Source of the DNA: Promethearchaeati archaeon
GTDB taxonomy: Archaea; Asgardarchaeota; Heimdallarchaeia; Heimdallarchaeales; Heimdallarchaeaceae
Direction of reading: 5' to 3'
NCBI GenBank assembly: GCA_013166775.1
Contig: JABLTJ010000031.1
Span: forward strand, 1 to 39,398
DNA: 39,398 bases
Shown here: piece by piece, positions 1 to 9,948 of the stretch
How positions within the stretch are numbered: position 1 is the stretch's first letter
Layout of the letters: the number at the start of each line of letters is the position of its first letter
The notes under the pieces: generated by a model
The model's database searches: none
Seen by the model: the letters and a program-made list of their open reading frames with translations, nothing else
What the model was told of the DNA's origin: nothing
Program-made: the position numbers and the translations under genes

Positions 1-1693
1 CATTTTTTTCAGTTTTATCGCATCTATTGTTGTATTAGGTGTTTTTACTCCTTCATTATTAGGTTTTGCTTACTATTATGGAATGAACCTGCTAATTAGC
101 TGTCTAATAGCAGTTTTTTATGGGAGTATTCAATTACTCATTCTATCTAATCATTTAAAAGAGATATACAAAGAAGGTGAAAAAGAAGAAAATGTTCCTC
201 TTAACAAACTATCTACTTTTCTTGGGAAAACTTTACCTTGGCTTCTATTTAATCTCTCTTTAGGATTTTCCTTCTTCTTTCTATTCTTTACAGGAATCCT
301 GAAGTTTGAGATGGACTTCTATTCTGGGATCTCATTAATTGTTATATCAGTACTGTTTACTCTTTTCCTTAATATTATAATGCTGAAAAAAACTATACTT
401 TGGATAGGCAAAAAAGTAGTTTCTCTCTCATACATTTTTTCAAAATTATCTAAACAAACAATCAAATTATCAAGAAGGTTCATAAAGGACAGTTATCGTA
501 TGATACAACTACTCATTCTGTTTCTTATAATCTGTACTTTTTTCCTCTCAAGTTTTGATACTATAAATAACTTCAATTCTCTCAATAATGATCTTAATCA
601 AGTGGGAGATGTCATAATTAGTTTTCATCCTGAAAAAGGAGACATTGTAAATTCTTACTTAAGTCCATATGTGAATATTTCTGCAGAAGTACAATTACTA
701 GTTTCAGAATTTAAAACATTAACAGAACCCGGACCTATTTCACATTATGGTTTCATATTTCTCATAAATAGCAGCAAGATTTCGCAGATTTTTGATTCAA
801 AGGCTTTTAAAGATAAATATTTTGGAAATTATATAGCTAGTGAAATAAGCAATGAATTAATAGATGACTGTGATCTAGTTGTGGTAAACAAAGCATTAGC
901 AGAATTAGTATCCACTCAACAAAGTGATGCATTTTATATTCCTATACCCACTAAAAATGGTGAAAATAATCTTTTAAGAACAACAGTACTAGATATTGCT
1001 AGATTCGTCCCTTATTTCTCTGGTATTTCTGGAGAAAAACCTTTCAGTATTTTAAATAGTGAAATTATAACAAATGCAACAGAACTACAAGTTAAAACGA
1101 TGCATCATATCATATGGTTAAAGGAAAATATATCCAAAACAGTATTTAAGGATAATATTCAAACGATTAATAAAAACTATAATACACACATAGAGATTAT
1201 TGACCAATTTGAATTTCCTATAATTACAGATTATTATTGGGTACCTTCTGTTTTTCGACAATTTATGCTTTCTTTACTCACAGTTTTTACTGTATGTTTA
1301 TTCTTCCTTTTCTTAGCCTTTTATTCAGATACGATTGATAAACAAATGAAAGGTTTTAGAATTTTCTTTGCTCGGGGATTATCTTTTAAGAAAGGAATTT
1401 TTCTTTCTATGCTGCCTTTATTCTTATTTACATTGTTTTATATTGTTTTTAGCTATATTGCAGGCTTGATATTATCATTTGTTATGTTTTCTTCTATTCA
1501 ACCTAAATACTATCTAAGAATACCATTTTCTGTTTTTCCTTTCTCATTCACCTTTCTTAGTGCTCAAATAATACTGTTAGGTGCAATTCTCATCGTATCC
1601 GGAATTACTTCTTATTTGAAACTGAGAAAACAGATCCCTGAAGTAAAATTCAATGTTCCTTCAGTTTTTCAAGAGGAGGAGGGCATAATTTGA
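1..1693 (+). CDS. FtsX/MacB-like ABC exporter permease (5'-truncated by window edge)
   Basis: Frame is open from base 2 to the ATG at 83, so the gene starts upstream of the window. Multiple TM segments and an FtsX-type 'IFFARGLS' loop before the C-terminal TM bundle. Overlaps the next permease. Confidence 0.75.
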   Translation, partial: IFFSFIASIVVLGVFTPSLLGFAYYYGMNLLISCLIAVFYGSIQLLILSNHLKEIYKEGEKEENVPLNKLSTFLGKTLPWLLFNLSLGFSFFFLFFTGILKFEMDFYSGISLIVISVLFTLFLNIIMLKKTILWIGKKVVSLSYIFSKLSKQTIKLSRRFIKDSYRMIQLLILFLIICTFFLSSFDTINNFNSLNNDLNQVGDVIISFHPEKGDIVNSYLSPYVNISAEVQLLVSEFKTLTEPGPISHYGFIFLINSSKISQIFDSKAFKDKYFGNYIASEISNELIDDCDLVVVNKALAELVSTQQSDAFYIPIPTKNGENNLLRTTVLDIARFVPYFSGISGEKPFSILNSEIITNATELQVKTMHHIIWLKENISKTVFKDNIQTINKNYNTHIEIIDQFEFPIITDYYWVPSVFRQFMLSLLTVFTVCLFFLFLAFYSDTIDKQMKGFRIFFARGLSFKKGIFLSMLPLFLFTLFYIVFSYIAGLILSFVMFSSIQPKYYLRIPFSVFPFSFTFLSAQIILLGAILIVSGITSYLKLRKQIPEVKFNVPSVFQEEEGII

Positions 1694-4347
1694 AATTGAC
1701 TATGCTTATATTCAAAGGAAAAAAGAAGATTTTATTAGTAGAATCTTTCATAATTATAGCTATTTTCTTAATTGCAAGCTTATCTTTTACTTACTATTTG
1801 AATACATATAGAACAGAATGGATAGGGTTAGTGAATTCTCAAGACGAACCTGATTTAGAAATTGAGATTTCGCAACCCTTTTGGATCTTTCTAGAGGAAA
1901 GAAGTGATTTAGAAGAAGAACTTGAGAATATTCATTACTTAGCTTTATCTGCACTTCCATCTCAACTATTCAATCTAGTTATTGAAAATGTAACCATTGA
2001 AGATTATAATTTATACATTCTCAATTCAAGAATACTTGAGGTTTTTGAATATGAGCTCTCAAGAAATGAAACGTTATTAGCAACAACTAATGAAAACAAC
2101 ATAGATCCTAGTGAAATTACTGCTAACTTTGTACTTCAATCCGAGTTAAGCAACACAACAATAACAGATATTTTCAACCAAACTTCTCTCTATTCAACTA
2201 TTTTTGGTTCTAAAAATATTGACCGTCTTTCTCCTTCTGCAGATACTAGTCTAATTCTTTCGGAATCCTATTTTTCTAATCTTCTTGCATCCATCGATGA
2301 AGAAAAATTGTTAAATATTACACAAAACTTCCTTACCTATTCCTTTTACACCTTTACCTGGAATAAAACTGAATTAATCAATGCTCTTCCTTCAAAGCTT
2401 TTACGAATTCACAAAGAATGGTCACATGAAAGAATAGCGGTATTTTCACAGATATATATTCCGAACTATGTTCAATATGAAGAATTCAATGTTGTATCAA
2501 ATCAATTATTTTCTGACAAGATTAACGAAGTATTAACAGAAATGAGTAGTATTTTGATAAGCACAGTAATTATCCTCATTTTTCTCTCCCTAGCATCAAT
2601 TCTCTTATTATTTCAGTTTCTAAAAAGTAGAACAGCTTTATTCAGCAAATTGTCTCTGATTTTCTCTTCACGAGGACTAAAAGGAAAGTCAGTAAAATCA
2701 AGATTTTTAGTACTACAGTTTTGTGATTTATTACTGTCAGTAACTGTATCATTTTGTTTTATTTTCGTCTTGCTTTACTTTTATGATCTTATAATGTGGA
2801 ATTATTCTTATCTTATCATTGGTGTAACTTCTGTCATAGTTTTCTTCTCTCTTCTTGCTATGCAAATAAAGCTAGTTCAAGCGTTAGAAATACAAACAAA
2901 GACAGAAGAAACAAAAAGAAGTTCACGTTCAAGATCTCAGCTTTTTGATTTAGGTCTTAAACTTGGAATAGGATTAGTAGCTTTTATAGCTTTAATTTCT
3001 ATCCTTTCTTTCAATCAGGTTATTCTTAATATCTTTTCCATAACTATCAGTTCATTATGGATAATATCATGTAGTATATTTGGAGTGATGATTTTACTGT
3101 TCTTCTTACCGACTCTCATTAACAAACTTGTTATTCCCTTAGCTAAATCTGTGTTAAAATATAGTTCACATTTTTATTCCTCAGTGTCCAGATTATTTGA
3201 GCAAATATCTAAACAAAAGAGAGCTGTGTGGACAAGTATTTTCATTCTTCAGTTGCTTTTCTCATTGATCATTATAGGTCCAAATCTGTTTGTAGTCCAT
3301 CAAGAGCAAACTGAATTAAGTTCATATTGTTATAACGTATCATTGGTGGTGGAAACGGAAAGTGCATCTGGAATCCAAGATTTAGTTAAGAACAATCCTT
3401 CTATGATTGCTTACATTGAGCCAATTTATGTATCACAATTTCAGATTAGGAATATCTATATTTACTTAGATAATCCTATGTCTTTTTTCAATGGTGCTCA
3501 TTTCTTTGGTAATTATTTCAAAAAAAGGAGTAGTTCTCAAGTTTTCTCCTTACTGAATTCATCTGATGAATATTTTGTTACAACCAAACAAAAAGCTAAA
3601 GAAATGCAGCTTACTATTGGAGATTTGGTTAGCTTATACAAAAAGGATATCAATAGTTCTCTAGTCGAGGAGAAGAAAATCCTACTAGATGTTGCTGATT
3701 TTCTATCATTTTTCTCAATTTTCTTCGAGAGGGAATATATGAATATCTTTCTGATGAAATATAATGAATCTGCTCATATCCTCAATAAGAACAACTATGC
3801 GATATTCAGTTTTCAAGCTGAACAAGAAGCTGATGAAGAAGCTCTTTTTGCAAACCTAAGAGAGAAACATATAATGTTTAATGTAATTCACAGTTTTTCC
3901 GAGGTAACATTACAACAGAATAATCAACAAAACACTGTTTTGAAGGTGTTAAAGCTACCAATTTATTTTCTTATCCTCCTAATCCCTAGCTTAATATTTT
4001 TAATGTTTCTAGATATTCGTAATGCTGGTAATAAGTCCTTTTCGTTTTTGATTCGAAGAGGATTTCATCGTAAAAATGCTGCTTCTTTAACATCATACTG
4101 GTTTCTAATTATGTCTAGTTTGTTTACTTTGATTTCATTTATTTATGCAATTTTCGTACTATTGACAATAATTTTCATTTTAAATATCTCATATTTCATG
4201 CCGATGCAATTAGTCATAGATTGGATTTCATTAGCAATTATTACACCTATTCTGTTCTCAGCATTTATGCTTCTATTACCAATTCAAGTAAACAAAAAGA
4301 AGAAATTTCATTTCACAAAAATCAAAGGAGTAAGATTAAATGAATAA
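1690..4347 (+). CDS. Large duplicated FtsX-like ABC permease (885 aa)
   Basis: Two repeats of TM + extracellular domain + TM bundle with 'SSRGL' and 'IRRGF' loops. Translationally coupled to a LolD-like ATPase. Confidence 0.75.
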   Translation: MKLTMLIFKGKKKILLVESFIIIAIFLIASLSFTYYLNTYRTEWIGLVNSQDEPDLEIEISQPFWIFLEERSDLEEELENIHYLALSALPSQLFNLVIENVTIEDYNLYILNSRILEVFEYELSRNETLLATTNENNIDPSEITANFVLQSELSNTTITDIFNQTSLYSTIFGSKNIDRLSPSADTSLILSESYFSNLLASIDEEKLLNITQNFLTYSFYTFTWNKTELINALPSKLLRIHKEWSHERIAVFSQIYIPNYVQYEEFNVVSNQLFSDKINEVLTEMSSILISTVIILIFLSLASILLLFQFLKSRTALFSKLSLIFSSRGLKGKSVKSRFLVLQFCDLLLSVTVSFCFIFVLLYFYDLIMWNYSYLIIGVTSVIVFFSLLAMQIKLVQALEIQTKTEETKRSSRSRSQLFDLGLKLGIGLVAFIALISILSFNQVILNIFSITISSLWIISCSIFGVMILLFFLPTLINKLVIPLAKSVLKYSSHFYSSVSRLFEQISKQKRAVWTSIFILQLLFSLIIIGPNLFVVHQEQTELSSYCYNVSLVVETESASGIQDLVKNNPSMIAYIEPIYVSQFQIRNIYIYLDNPMSFFNGAHFFGNYFKKRSSSQVFSLLNSSDEYFVTTKQKAKEMQLTIGDLVSLYKKDINSSLVEEKKILLDVADFLSFFSIFFEREYMNIFLMKYNESAHILNKNNYAIFSFQAEQEADEEALFANLREKHIMFNVIHSFSEVTLQQNNQQNTVLKVLKLPIYFLILLIPSLIFLMFLDIRNAGNKSFSFLIRRGFHRKNAASLTSYWFLIMSSLFTLISFIYAIFVLLTIIFILNISYFMPMQLVIDWISLAIITPILFSAFMLLLPIQVNKKKKFHFTKIKGVRLNE

Positions 4348-5026
4348 AAAAGAAAAAAAAATCATACAAGTTTTTGATTTACTTCATGTGTATAAAGGGA
4401 AAGTCGAAACTATTGCACTTTCGGGAATAAATCTTTCAGTGTCTAAAGGAGAAAGATTAGTTATTAGAGGAAAATCCGGTGTAGGTAAAACTACTCTTTT
4501 ACATTGCTTAGCTGGAATACTCAAACCTACTGCAGGTAAGATTTTAGTTGAGAGTAGAGACATAATCGAACTCAATGAAGATCAACAAGCAGACTATCGT
4601 TGTCAAACAGTTGGTCTAATCTACCAATCCTATAATCTAGCCCCATTTCTAACTGTCAAAGAGAATATTGAATTTCCAATGATATTAGCAAAGAAACCAG
4701 AAGAGAAAAGGGAAAAACACACAGACGAGCTTACTGAATTTCTCGAAATCGAAAGGTATCTTGATCAGAAACCGGAATACCTAAGTGGAGGAGAGCAGCA
4801 AAGAGTAGCAATTGCAGTAGCTTTAGCTAATAACCCCCCAATAGTTCTCGCAGATGAACCCACAGGAAATATAGATGTAGAAACATCTCAAATTATTTAT
4901 GAGCATTTATCAAGAATGTGCCAAGTTTATGGTACGACACTAATAATTGCATCACATGATCCAGATGCATCAAAATACGCAGATAGAGAGATAATGTTAA
5001 CAAAACTGCAATCAAGAAGCTTATAG
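4340..5026 (+). CDS. ABC transporter ATP-binding protein, LolD/MacB family
   Basis: Walker [10 protein letters not shown], signature LSGGEQQR, Walker B/D-loop [10 protein letters not shown]-loop SHD. Confidence 0.95.
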   Translation: MNKKEKKIIQVFDLLHVYKGKVETIALSGINLSVSKGERLVIRGKSGVGKTTLLHCLAGILKPTAGKILVESRDIIELNEDQQADYRCQTVGLIYQSYNLAPFLTVKENIEFPMILAKKPEEKREKHTDELTEFLEIERYLDQKPEYLSGGEQQRVAIAVALANNPPIVLADEPTGNIDVETSQIIYEHLSRMCQVYGTTLIIASHDPDASKYADREIMLTKLQSRSL

Positions 5027-5413
5027 TTGGAAATCTCAGAAAACCTAAACAAAAAACAAGACAATTTAGTTGAACTTCATGAGAAAAAAGAAGCAGTCAG
5101 ATTTAGACCAATATTTACAAAAAGTTTAGCTTAATAATTTAAATATAGTGATCATATGTGTGGCTATTATAAATAGGATTCTTTGGAAGTTTGTTAGGTT
5201 CAATGGTTTAACAAAATACTAAATTGGGAATTAGTGATTACGAATATGATTCATTTATTTACCTCAAACAATCTAGTTGCGAAAAGAGAAGTGAAATTCT
5301 GTTTATCCTAAAAGGATTTTAATCTATTCCAATTAAATAAATACTAGAAAACCTTATAATGATTTTTCAACAAAGAGGTTATTTGGAATAATCAAAGAAA
5401 TATATGAATTCAA

Positions 5414-8119
5414 GTGGAAATAATGTTTAAAATAAAGACCCTTAAAGGTAGAAAATGGTTCCTTGCATATTCTTCATTAATTACTATAACCTTTCTTTTG
5501 CTTTTACTTTTTGGGTCAATATATTCTACGATAGTAGCTGAAAGACAAAAAATTTTGTATTTAGAGACCGCTGATATAGGTTCTAAAGGGATAGATAATC
5601 CAAATTTACCCGATTTCAGATATGTTTCGTCATTTGATAATTTTTCATCCTCTGATATTGTGAGTTATAATAACTTTTTATTTGAATTAACCAATTTCTC
5701 CAAGGAAAATCATTTTACACCATATGTATTATTTGAAATTTCCTCTTCTTCTGGATTTATGCAGTTCAATTATTCAAAGATAAATACAACTTTTACAGTT
5801 CCCATTCTAGTTGCATCACCATCGATACTGGAATGGATGTTTCCTGGTGAAGGGAGTCAGCTTCAATTTATACATTTTTCTAGTAATGTTAGTCAAAATG
5901 AAGGTTTGGAATATAATGAAGAGATTATTATGTTCAAAGATGAAGCTGAATTCACATTTCATATTGGTTCTTCTTATTATAATCCTTCTTACATATTTCT
6001 TACAAAAATAGCTAATCGAGCCATCATTTCTTCTGAACACATAACCAATTTATTAGTTTTTTTTCAAGAACAGGATTTGATTGTTAGTCTTTACTTAGAT
6101 ATTGATTCTAGTTATCTGCTAAATACGGAAGTAAACGAAATAAATGATTGGCTGGAAGAAATAACAAATTATATCGACTATATTGCAGAAGAAAATAATT
6201 TGTTCTTTGATTATTATATTTCATTGGTAAAGAATCAATTTGACAGTTTTATGGAAAACTTAATAGCTAATTATGGTCTGATAGAATTAACTCTACTACC
6301 AAGCTATTTGATTCTTGTATTGATACTTTGGGTAGTATTGAAAGAAGGCTTAGTTGACCTCAGAAAAGAACTGCATCTTTATCTCACAAGGGGAGCAAAA
6401 AAGATACAATTTGTCAAACATTACGCAATAATTTTCATAATTTCAGATCTAATTATGTTAGTTTTTCTAAGTGGAATGGGAGAGCTAATTACACAGTTTA
6501 GCTATCAGATATCATCTATTCTGATTTCAATTCTGGGTGGAATGTTAACACTACTCCCACTTGAAGCAGTAAAAATCTATTCTTTACATGATTTTGTATC
6601 AAAACATGCAACTGCTTTCACTCAAGAAAGTAAGAAACAAAAGATCAAATTGAATCAGAAGGATTTATCGTTAAAACAACTCCTCCTCCTCATGATTATT
6701 GGAACTGTTTTTCTTATCTATTCTTTTCTTCTGCCCTATATTGTTCCAATCGACTTTATTTCAACAATTATTCTAGTTTCAAGAATAGTTGCGGGGATAC
6801 TAGTATTTATTGCAATTACTTTATTCTCTACTAGAATCAGTTTTAATACGAGTCTTAGAATATTGAATAAAATTTCTTCAAAATATTATGCAATTACAAA
6901 GTTTATTGAGAAATTTCTGATGTCCAAAAGACGTAACTTCAAAATGTTCACACTAATTAGTTTTTGGCTAATTTTCTTATCTAGCTTTACGATCAATACT
7001 CTTGATTTAGATCATCAATCACAAAAATTGTTTGATCAAAGTCAGGTCTTGGATATAGAGTTATATGTCAGAGAATATTCTTTCATGAAATTAACTAGTA
7101 TTAAATCTATCTTATCTGATGATGATATTGAGAATTATATCCCTCTTACAACAATGACAACTAGTAATGATTTCAATAAAATAACTTTTCTTCCTATCTT
7201 GAATGTTACTCAGGTATGTCCTTCATTCTTCAATCTTGAAAATGCTCAAGGAGAGAATATCAATTTTCAATCTATGAGTCTGGTCGAGAATTCTCTTTTA
7301 GTATCTCATAATGTCATCGAGAGAAAATACTTGGAAATTGGTAGTAATATATCTTTATCGGTAAATCCATCAGGGCAAGGTGTAAACTTTACTATATCAG
7401 AAACTCCTTTAGAAACGAATTTTACAATTTTTGATGAATTTAATTATTTTCCATTCATCTCATATTTCATTTGGAATGATGAGATAGAACCTTTAACGTA
7501 TCATTACATAACAGATATTTCTTTGTTGGAAGAGTTATTTGGAGAATTATTTTTTGATAGAATATTAATCAAATTGAGGAAAAATGTTGACCCACAAGAA
7601 TGGTATGACAAAACCAGAAGTAAATTTGGAGTTTTAAGTCAGTTTCTAAGTGCTTACATCCCGGAAGTTAGACGAGCTGAAAGAGAAGAAACTAATCTAG
7701 ATGATATACTTGTTATCGAAATTTTTATACTTTCTTTGGTTGTTGTTATTTTTACTCTGTTTTATTTTCAATCAATAACAAAAGAAAACAAAAATCAAAT
7801 TCTAATTGCTCTATCTCGAGGAATTGACTCCAAAAAACTCAAACGTGGTTTAATTCGGAGTTCTTTCCTTTTATTGATGATTAACATCGTTTTAGGTTTT
7901 TTAGTCGGAGTTTCTCTTTCAGCCATCTTTCATTTTGGTTTACACTCTTTAGAAATTAGAATGTTTAAGCTATCTCTCATCTCTCTTAATTCCTTCTATT
8001 TCCTTTTAACTATACTTGCAGGTAGTTTTCTAACTTTGTTAGTTACATATACAGTTACTAGCAAAAGAATTGATACTGCAATTCTTACTCAAATGGGTGA
8101 AACAGTTTTAGGTGAATAA
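5414..8119 (+). CDS. Large duplicated FtsX-like ABC permease (901 aa)
   Basis: Same architecture, with 'YLTRGA' and 'ALSRGI' loops. Overlaps the downstream ATPase. Confidence 0.75.
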   Translation: MEIMFKIKTLKGRKWFLAYSSLITITFLLLLLFGSIYSTIVAERQKILYLETADIGSKGIDNPNLPDFRYVSSFDNFSSSDIVSYNNFLFELTNFSKENHFTPYVLFEISSSSGFMQFNYSKINTTFTVPILVASPSILEWMFPGEGSQLQFIHFSSNVSQNEGLEYNEEIIMFKDEAEFTFHIGSSYYNPSYIFLTKIANRAIISSEHITNLLVFFQEQDLIVSLYLDIDSSYLLNTEVNEINDWLEEITNYIDYIAEENNLFFDYYISLVKNQFDSFMENLIANYGLIELTLLPSYLILVLILWVVLKEGLVDLRKELHLYLTRGAKKIQFVKHYAIIFIISDLIMLVFLSGMGELITQFSYQISSILISILGGMLTLLPLEAVKIYSLHDFVSKHATAFTQESKKQKIKLNQKDLSLKQLLLLMIIGTVFLIYSFLLPYIVPIDFISTIILVSRIVAGILVFIAITLFSTRISFNTSLRILNKISSKYYAITKFIEKFLMSKRRNFKMFTLISFWLIFLSSFTINTLDLDHQSQKLFDQSQVLDIELYVREYSFMKLTSIKSILSDDDIENYIPLTTMTTSNDFNKITFLPILNVTQVCPSFFNLENAQGENINFQSMSLVENSLLVSHNVIERKYLEIGSNISLSVNPSGQGVNFTISETPLETNFTIFDEFNYFPFISYFIWNDEIEPLTYHYITDISLLEELFGELFFDRILIKLRKNVDPQEWYDKTRSKFGVLSQFLSAYIPEVRRAEREETNLDDILVIEIFILSLVVVIFTLFYFQSITKENKNQILIALSRGIDSKKLKRGLIRSSFLLLMINIVLGFLVGVSLSAIFHFGLHSLEIRMFKLSLISLNSFYFLLTILAGSFLTLLVTYTVTSKRIDTAILTQMGETVLGE

Positions 8120-8783
8120 AATGTCAAAAAAATTGATTATTGAAGATTTAGAAAAAATTTACAAAGCAGAAGTTGAAACAATAGCTGTTAGAGATTTCAA
8201 TTTATCTGTAAAAGAAGGTGAAATAGTTACTTTAGCTGGTCCCAGTGGTTCAGGTAAAACAACTATTTTACTCTGTATAGCAGGTTTGTTAGAACCAACT
8301 TATGGAAAAATTATCGTCAATGATAAATTAATTAATTCGTTTTCCTTCGAGGAATTGATAGGATATAGACGTCACACAATTGGGATAGTTTTTCAAAGTT
8401 TCAATTTAATAGAATACTTTACTGTCTTTGAAAACATAGCTTTCCCCCTTTGGATTGCTCAAAAAAAACATAAAGAAATTAACAGAAGAGTAGGAACTTT
8501 GCTAGAAGCTTTAGATATTGGTCGTTATGCTCAGACCTATCCACGATTCTTAAGTGGAGGTGAGCAACAAAGAATTGCAATTGCTGTAGCTTTAGCAAAT
8601 GAACCTGATATTATCCTAGCTGATGAACCAACAGGTAATCTTGATCGCAAAACAGCAGATATTGTAATCAATCTCTTGATGAAAGAAGCAATAGAAGAAA
8701 ACAAAATTTTAATCTTGGGTACACATGATGAAAGAATTGCTGAGAAATCAGAAAAAGTAGTTTCATTACAGAAAAGATTTTGA
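8112..8783 (+). CDS. ABC transporter ATP-binding protein, LolD/MacB family
   Basis: [31 protein letters not shown] motifs. Confidence 0.95.
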   Translation: MNKMSKKLIIEDLEKIYKAEVETIAVRDFNLSVKEGEIVTLAGPSGSGKTTILLCIAGLLEPTYGKIIVNDKLINSFSFEELIGYRRHTIGIVFQSFNLIEYFTVFENIAFPLWIAQKKHKEINRRVGTLLEALDIGRYAQTYPRFLSGGEQQRIAIAVALANEPDIILADEPTGNLDRKTADIVINLLMKEAIEENKILILGTHDERIAEKSEKVVSLQKRF

Positions 8784-8906
8784 AGAAAGAAACAAAGCTC
8801 AAGAGAAAGGGAAGGAAGTTCATGGTGTTAATCTCCATCACATTCATTGCTTGTGAAATTTGAACTTTTTTGGTTTTTTTAAAATGTTTATCTTTCTCTA
8901 TCTTAT

Positions 8907-8935
8907 GCTAGTTATCTCTCAGCAGGATAACTAGC
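8907..8935. terminator. 10-bp perfect inverted repeat (possible terminator hairpin or binding site)
   Basis: GCTAGTTATC (8907-8916) / GATAACTAGC (8926-8935) with a 9-nt loop, downstream of the ABC operon. Confidence 0.35.
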
Positions 8936-9040
8936 TGTATCTCCCCATCTTCCCGCTTCTTCTATACTCTTAACTTCTATTTGTGCTAGATTCTCAAAAA
9001 TTGATTTCTCAACGTATCTAACTTTTTTCTTTTTTTTCAT
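8912..9040 (-). CDS. Possible 42-aa small protein MKKKKKVRYVEKSIFENLAQIEVKSIEEAGRWGDTASYPAER
   Basis: Hand-translated ATG..TAA ORF, not in the supplied ORF track. No homology recognised. Confidence 0.25.
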   Translation of the reverse strand: MKKKKKVRYVEKSIFENLAQIEVKSIEEAGRWGDTASYPAER

Positions 9041-9118
9041 CTAAGATGTAATTATTTGCTTATATTGCTTTAATATCTTGAGGTGTTTTTATATTCTCTT
9101 CTTATTGACTTTGTAAGA

Positions 9119-9310
9119 TTAGCATGATAGAAGAGTTTGTAAAACGTTATAGGAGTTTAGGGCAGAAGTCTCAATATAACCAAAGCGACGAAGACGAACA
9201 TAACCGAGAACATTATCGCGATCAATAGAGCTAGCTTCAGTGAGATCGTATTTGTTGCCACAGATGATGATGGGAATGTCGGGACATTTGGGGATGACCT
9301 CGTTGATCCA
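9119..9310 (-). pseudogene. C-terminal fragment of a Ras-superfamily (Rab/Rho-like) small GTPase
   Basis: WINEVIPKCPDIPIIICGNKYD (G4 NKxD) and YIETSA (G5) are present, G1-G3 are absent. About 46% GC over 9181-9300, above the flanks. Confidence 0.75.
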
Positions 9311-9373
9311 GATGCATCTCAATATGCTGATAGAGAGATATTACTTACAAAACTGCAATCAAGAAACCTATAG
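9304..9373 (+). pseudogene. Diverged 3' remnant of an ABC ATPase paralogue
   Basis: 60/70 nt identical to 4957-5026. Encodes DPDASQYADREILLTKLQSRNL* versus [22 protein letters not shown]. Confidence 0.85.
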
Positions 9374-9502
9374 CAAGAAGTTAAAAAAACCTAAGTACGT
9401 TCGTTTGATATTGACATGTTTATTCATTTGTTTTATTTTTAATATATTATATACAATACTGAATTTGCCTAATTATATGCTGAACAAGGATTTGTCATAA
9501 AA

Positions 9503-9764
9503 TTTCCTTGGGGTTTTTAGGGTGAAGTGTAGTCTAGTATGCAGATAGGCAAGAATTACAACCGTAAAGGCCCAAACCCGTAATTCTTCCCTTATCCCCA
9601 AAAAGGAAAAAGGAGTTGAAAGAGAAGAAGTATAGGTAGTTCTTTTGGGATCTTAATCGAATTCCTGAAGCAATTATACACGTAGAACTATCAGTGGTTC
9701 CTCTACTGGTTTTACAGAACAGACTAGAAGAGGAACCATTGATGTTAACTAATTCGATTATGAT
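9503..9764 (+). ncRNA. Candidate structured RNA / leader upstream of tnpB
   Basis: Stems at 9551-9559/9580-9588, 9654-9663/9751-9760, 9690-9704/9729-9743 and 9706-9712/9721-9727. The non-Watson-Crick pairs in these stems are G-U on the + strand. Confidence 0.5.
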
Positions 9765-9948
9765 TTCACGTTTATTAATAGTAACAATTTTAGGAGCTAA
9801 AACTCATGAAAATTGAAAAGGAAATAAACAAAGAGAACTAAAAAATAAACTCAAGAAATATGAAAGATATGGAAAAGTAAAAAGCACTCATCAAGCACCA
9901 TCAGTTACTGGGTATGAGAATATCAAACTCAGGATAAAGACAGAACTG

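Noticed and set aside
9240-9500. 86-aa plus-strand ORF
   Set aside because: It is antisense to the GTPase fragment, out of frame with the ATPase remnant, and runs into AT-rich intergenic DNA.
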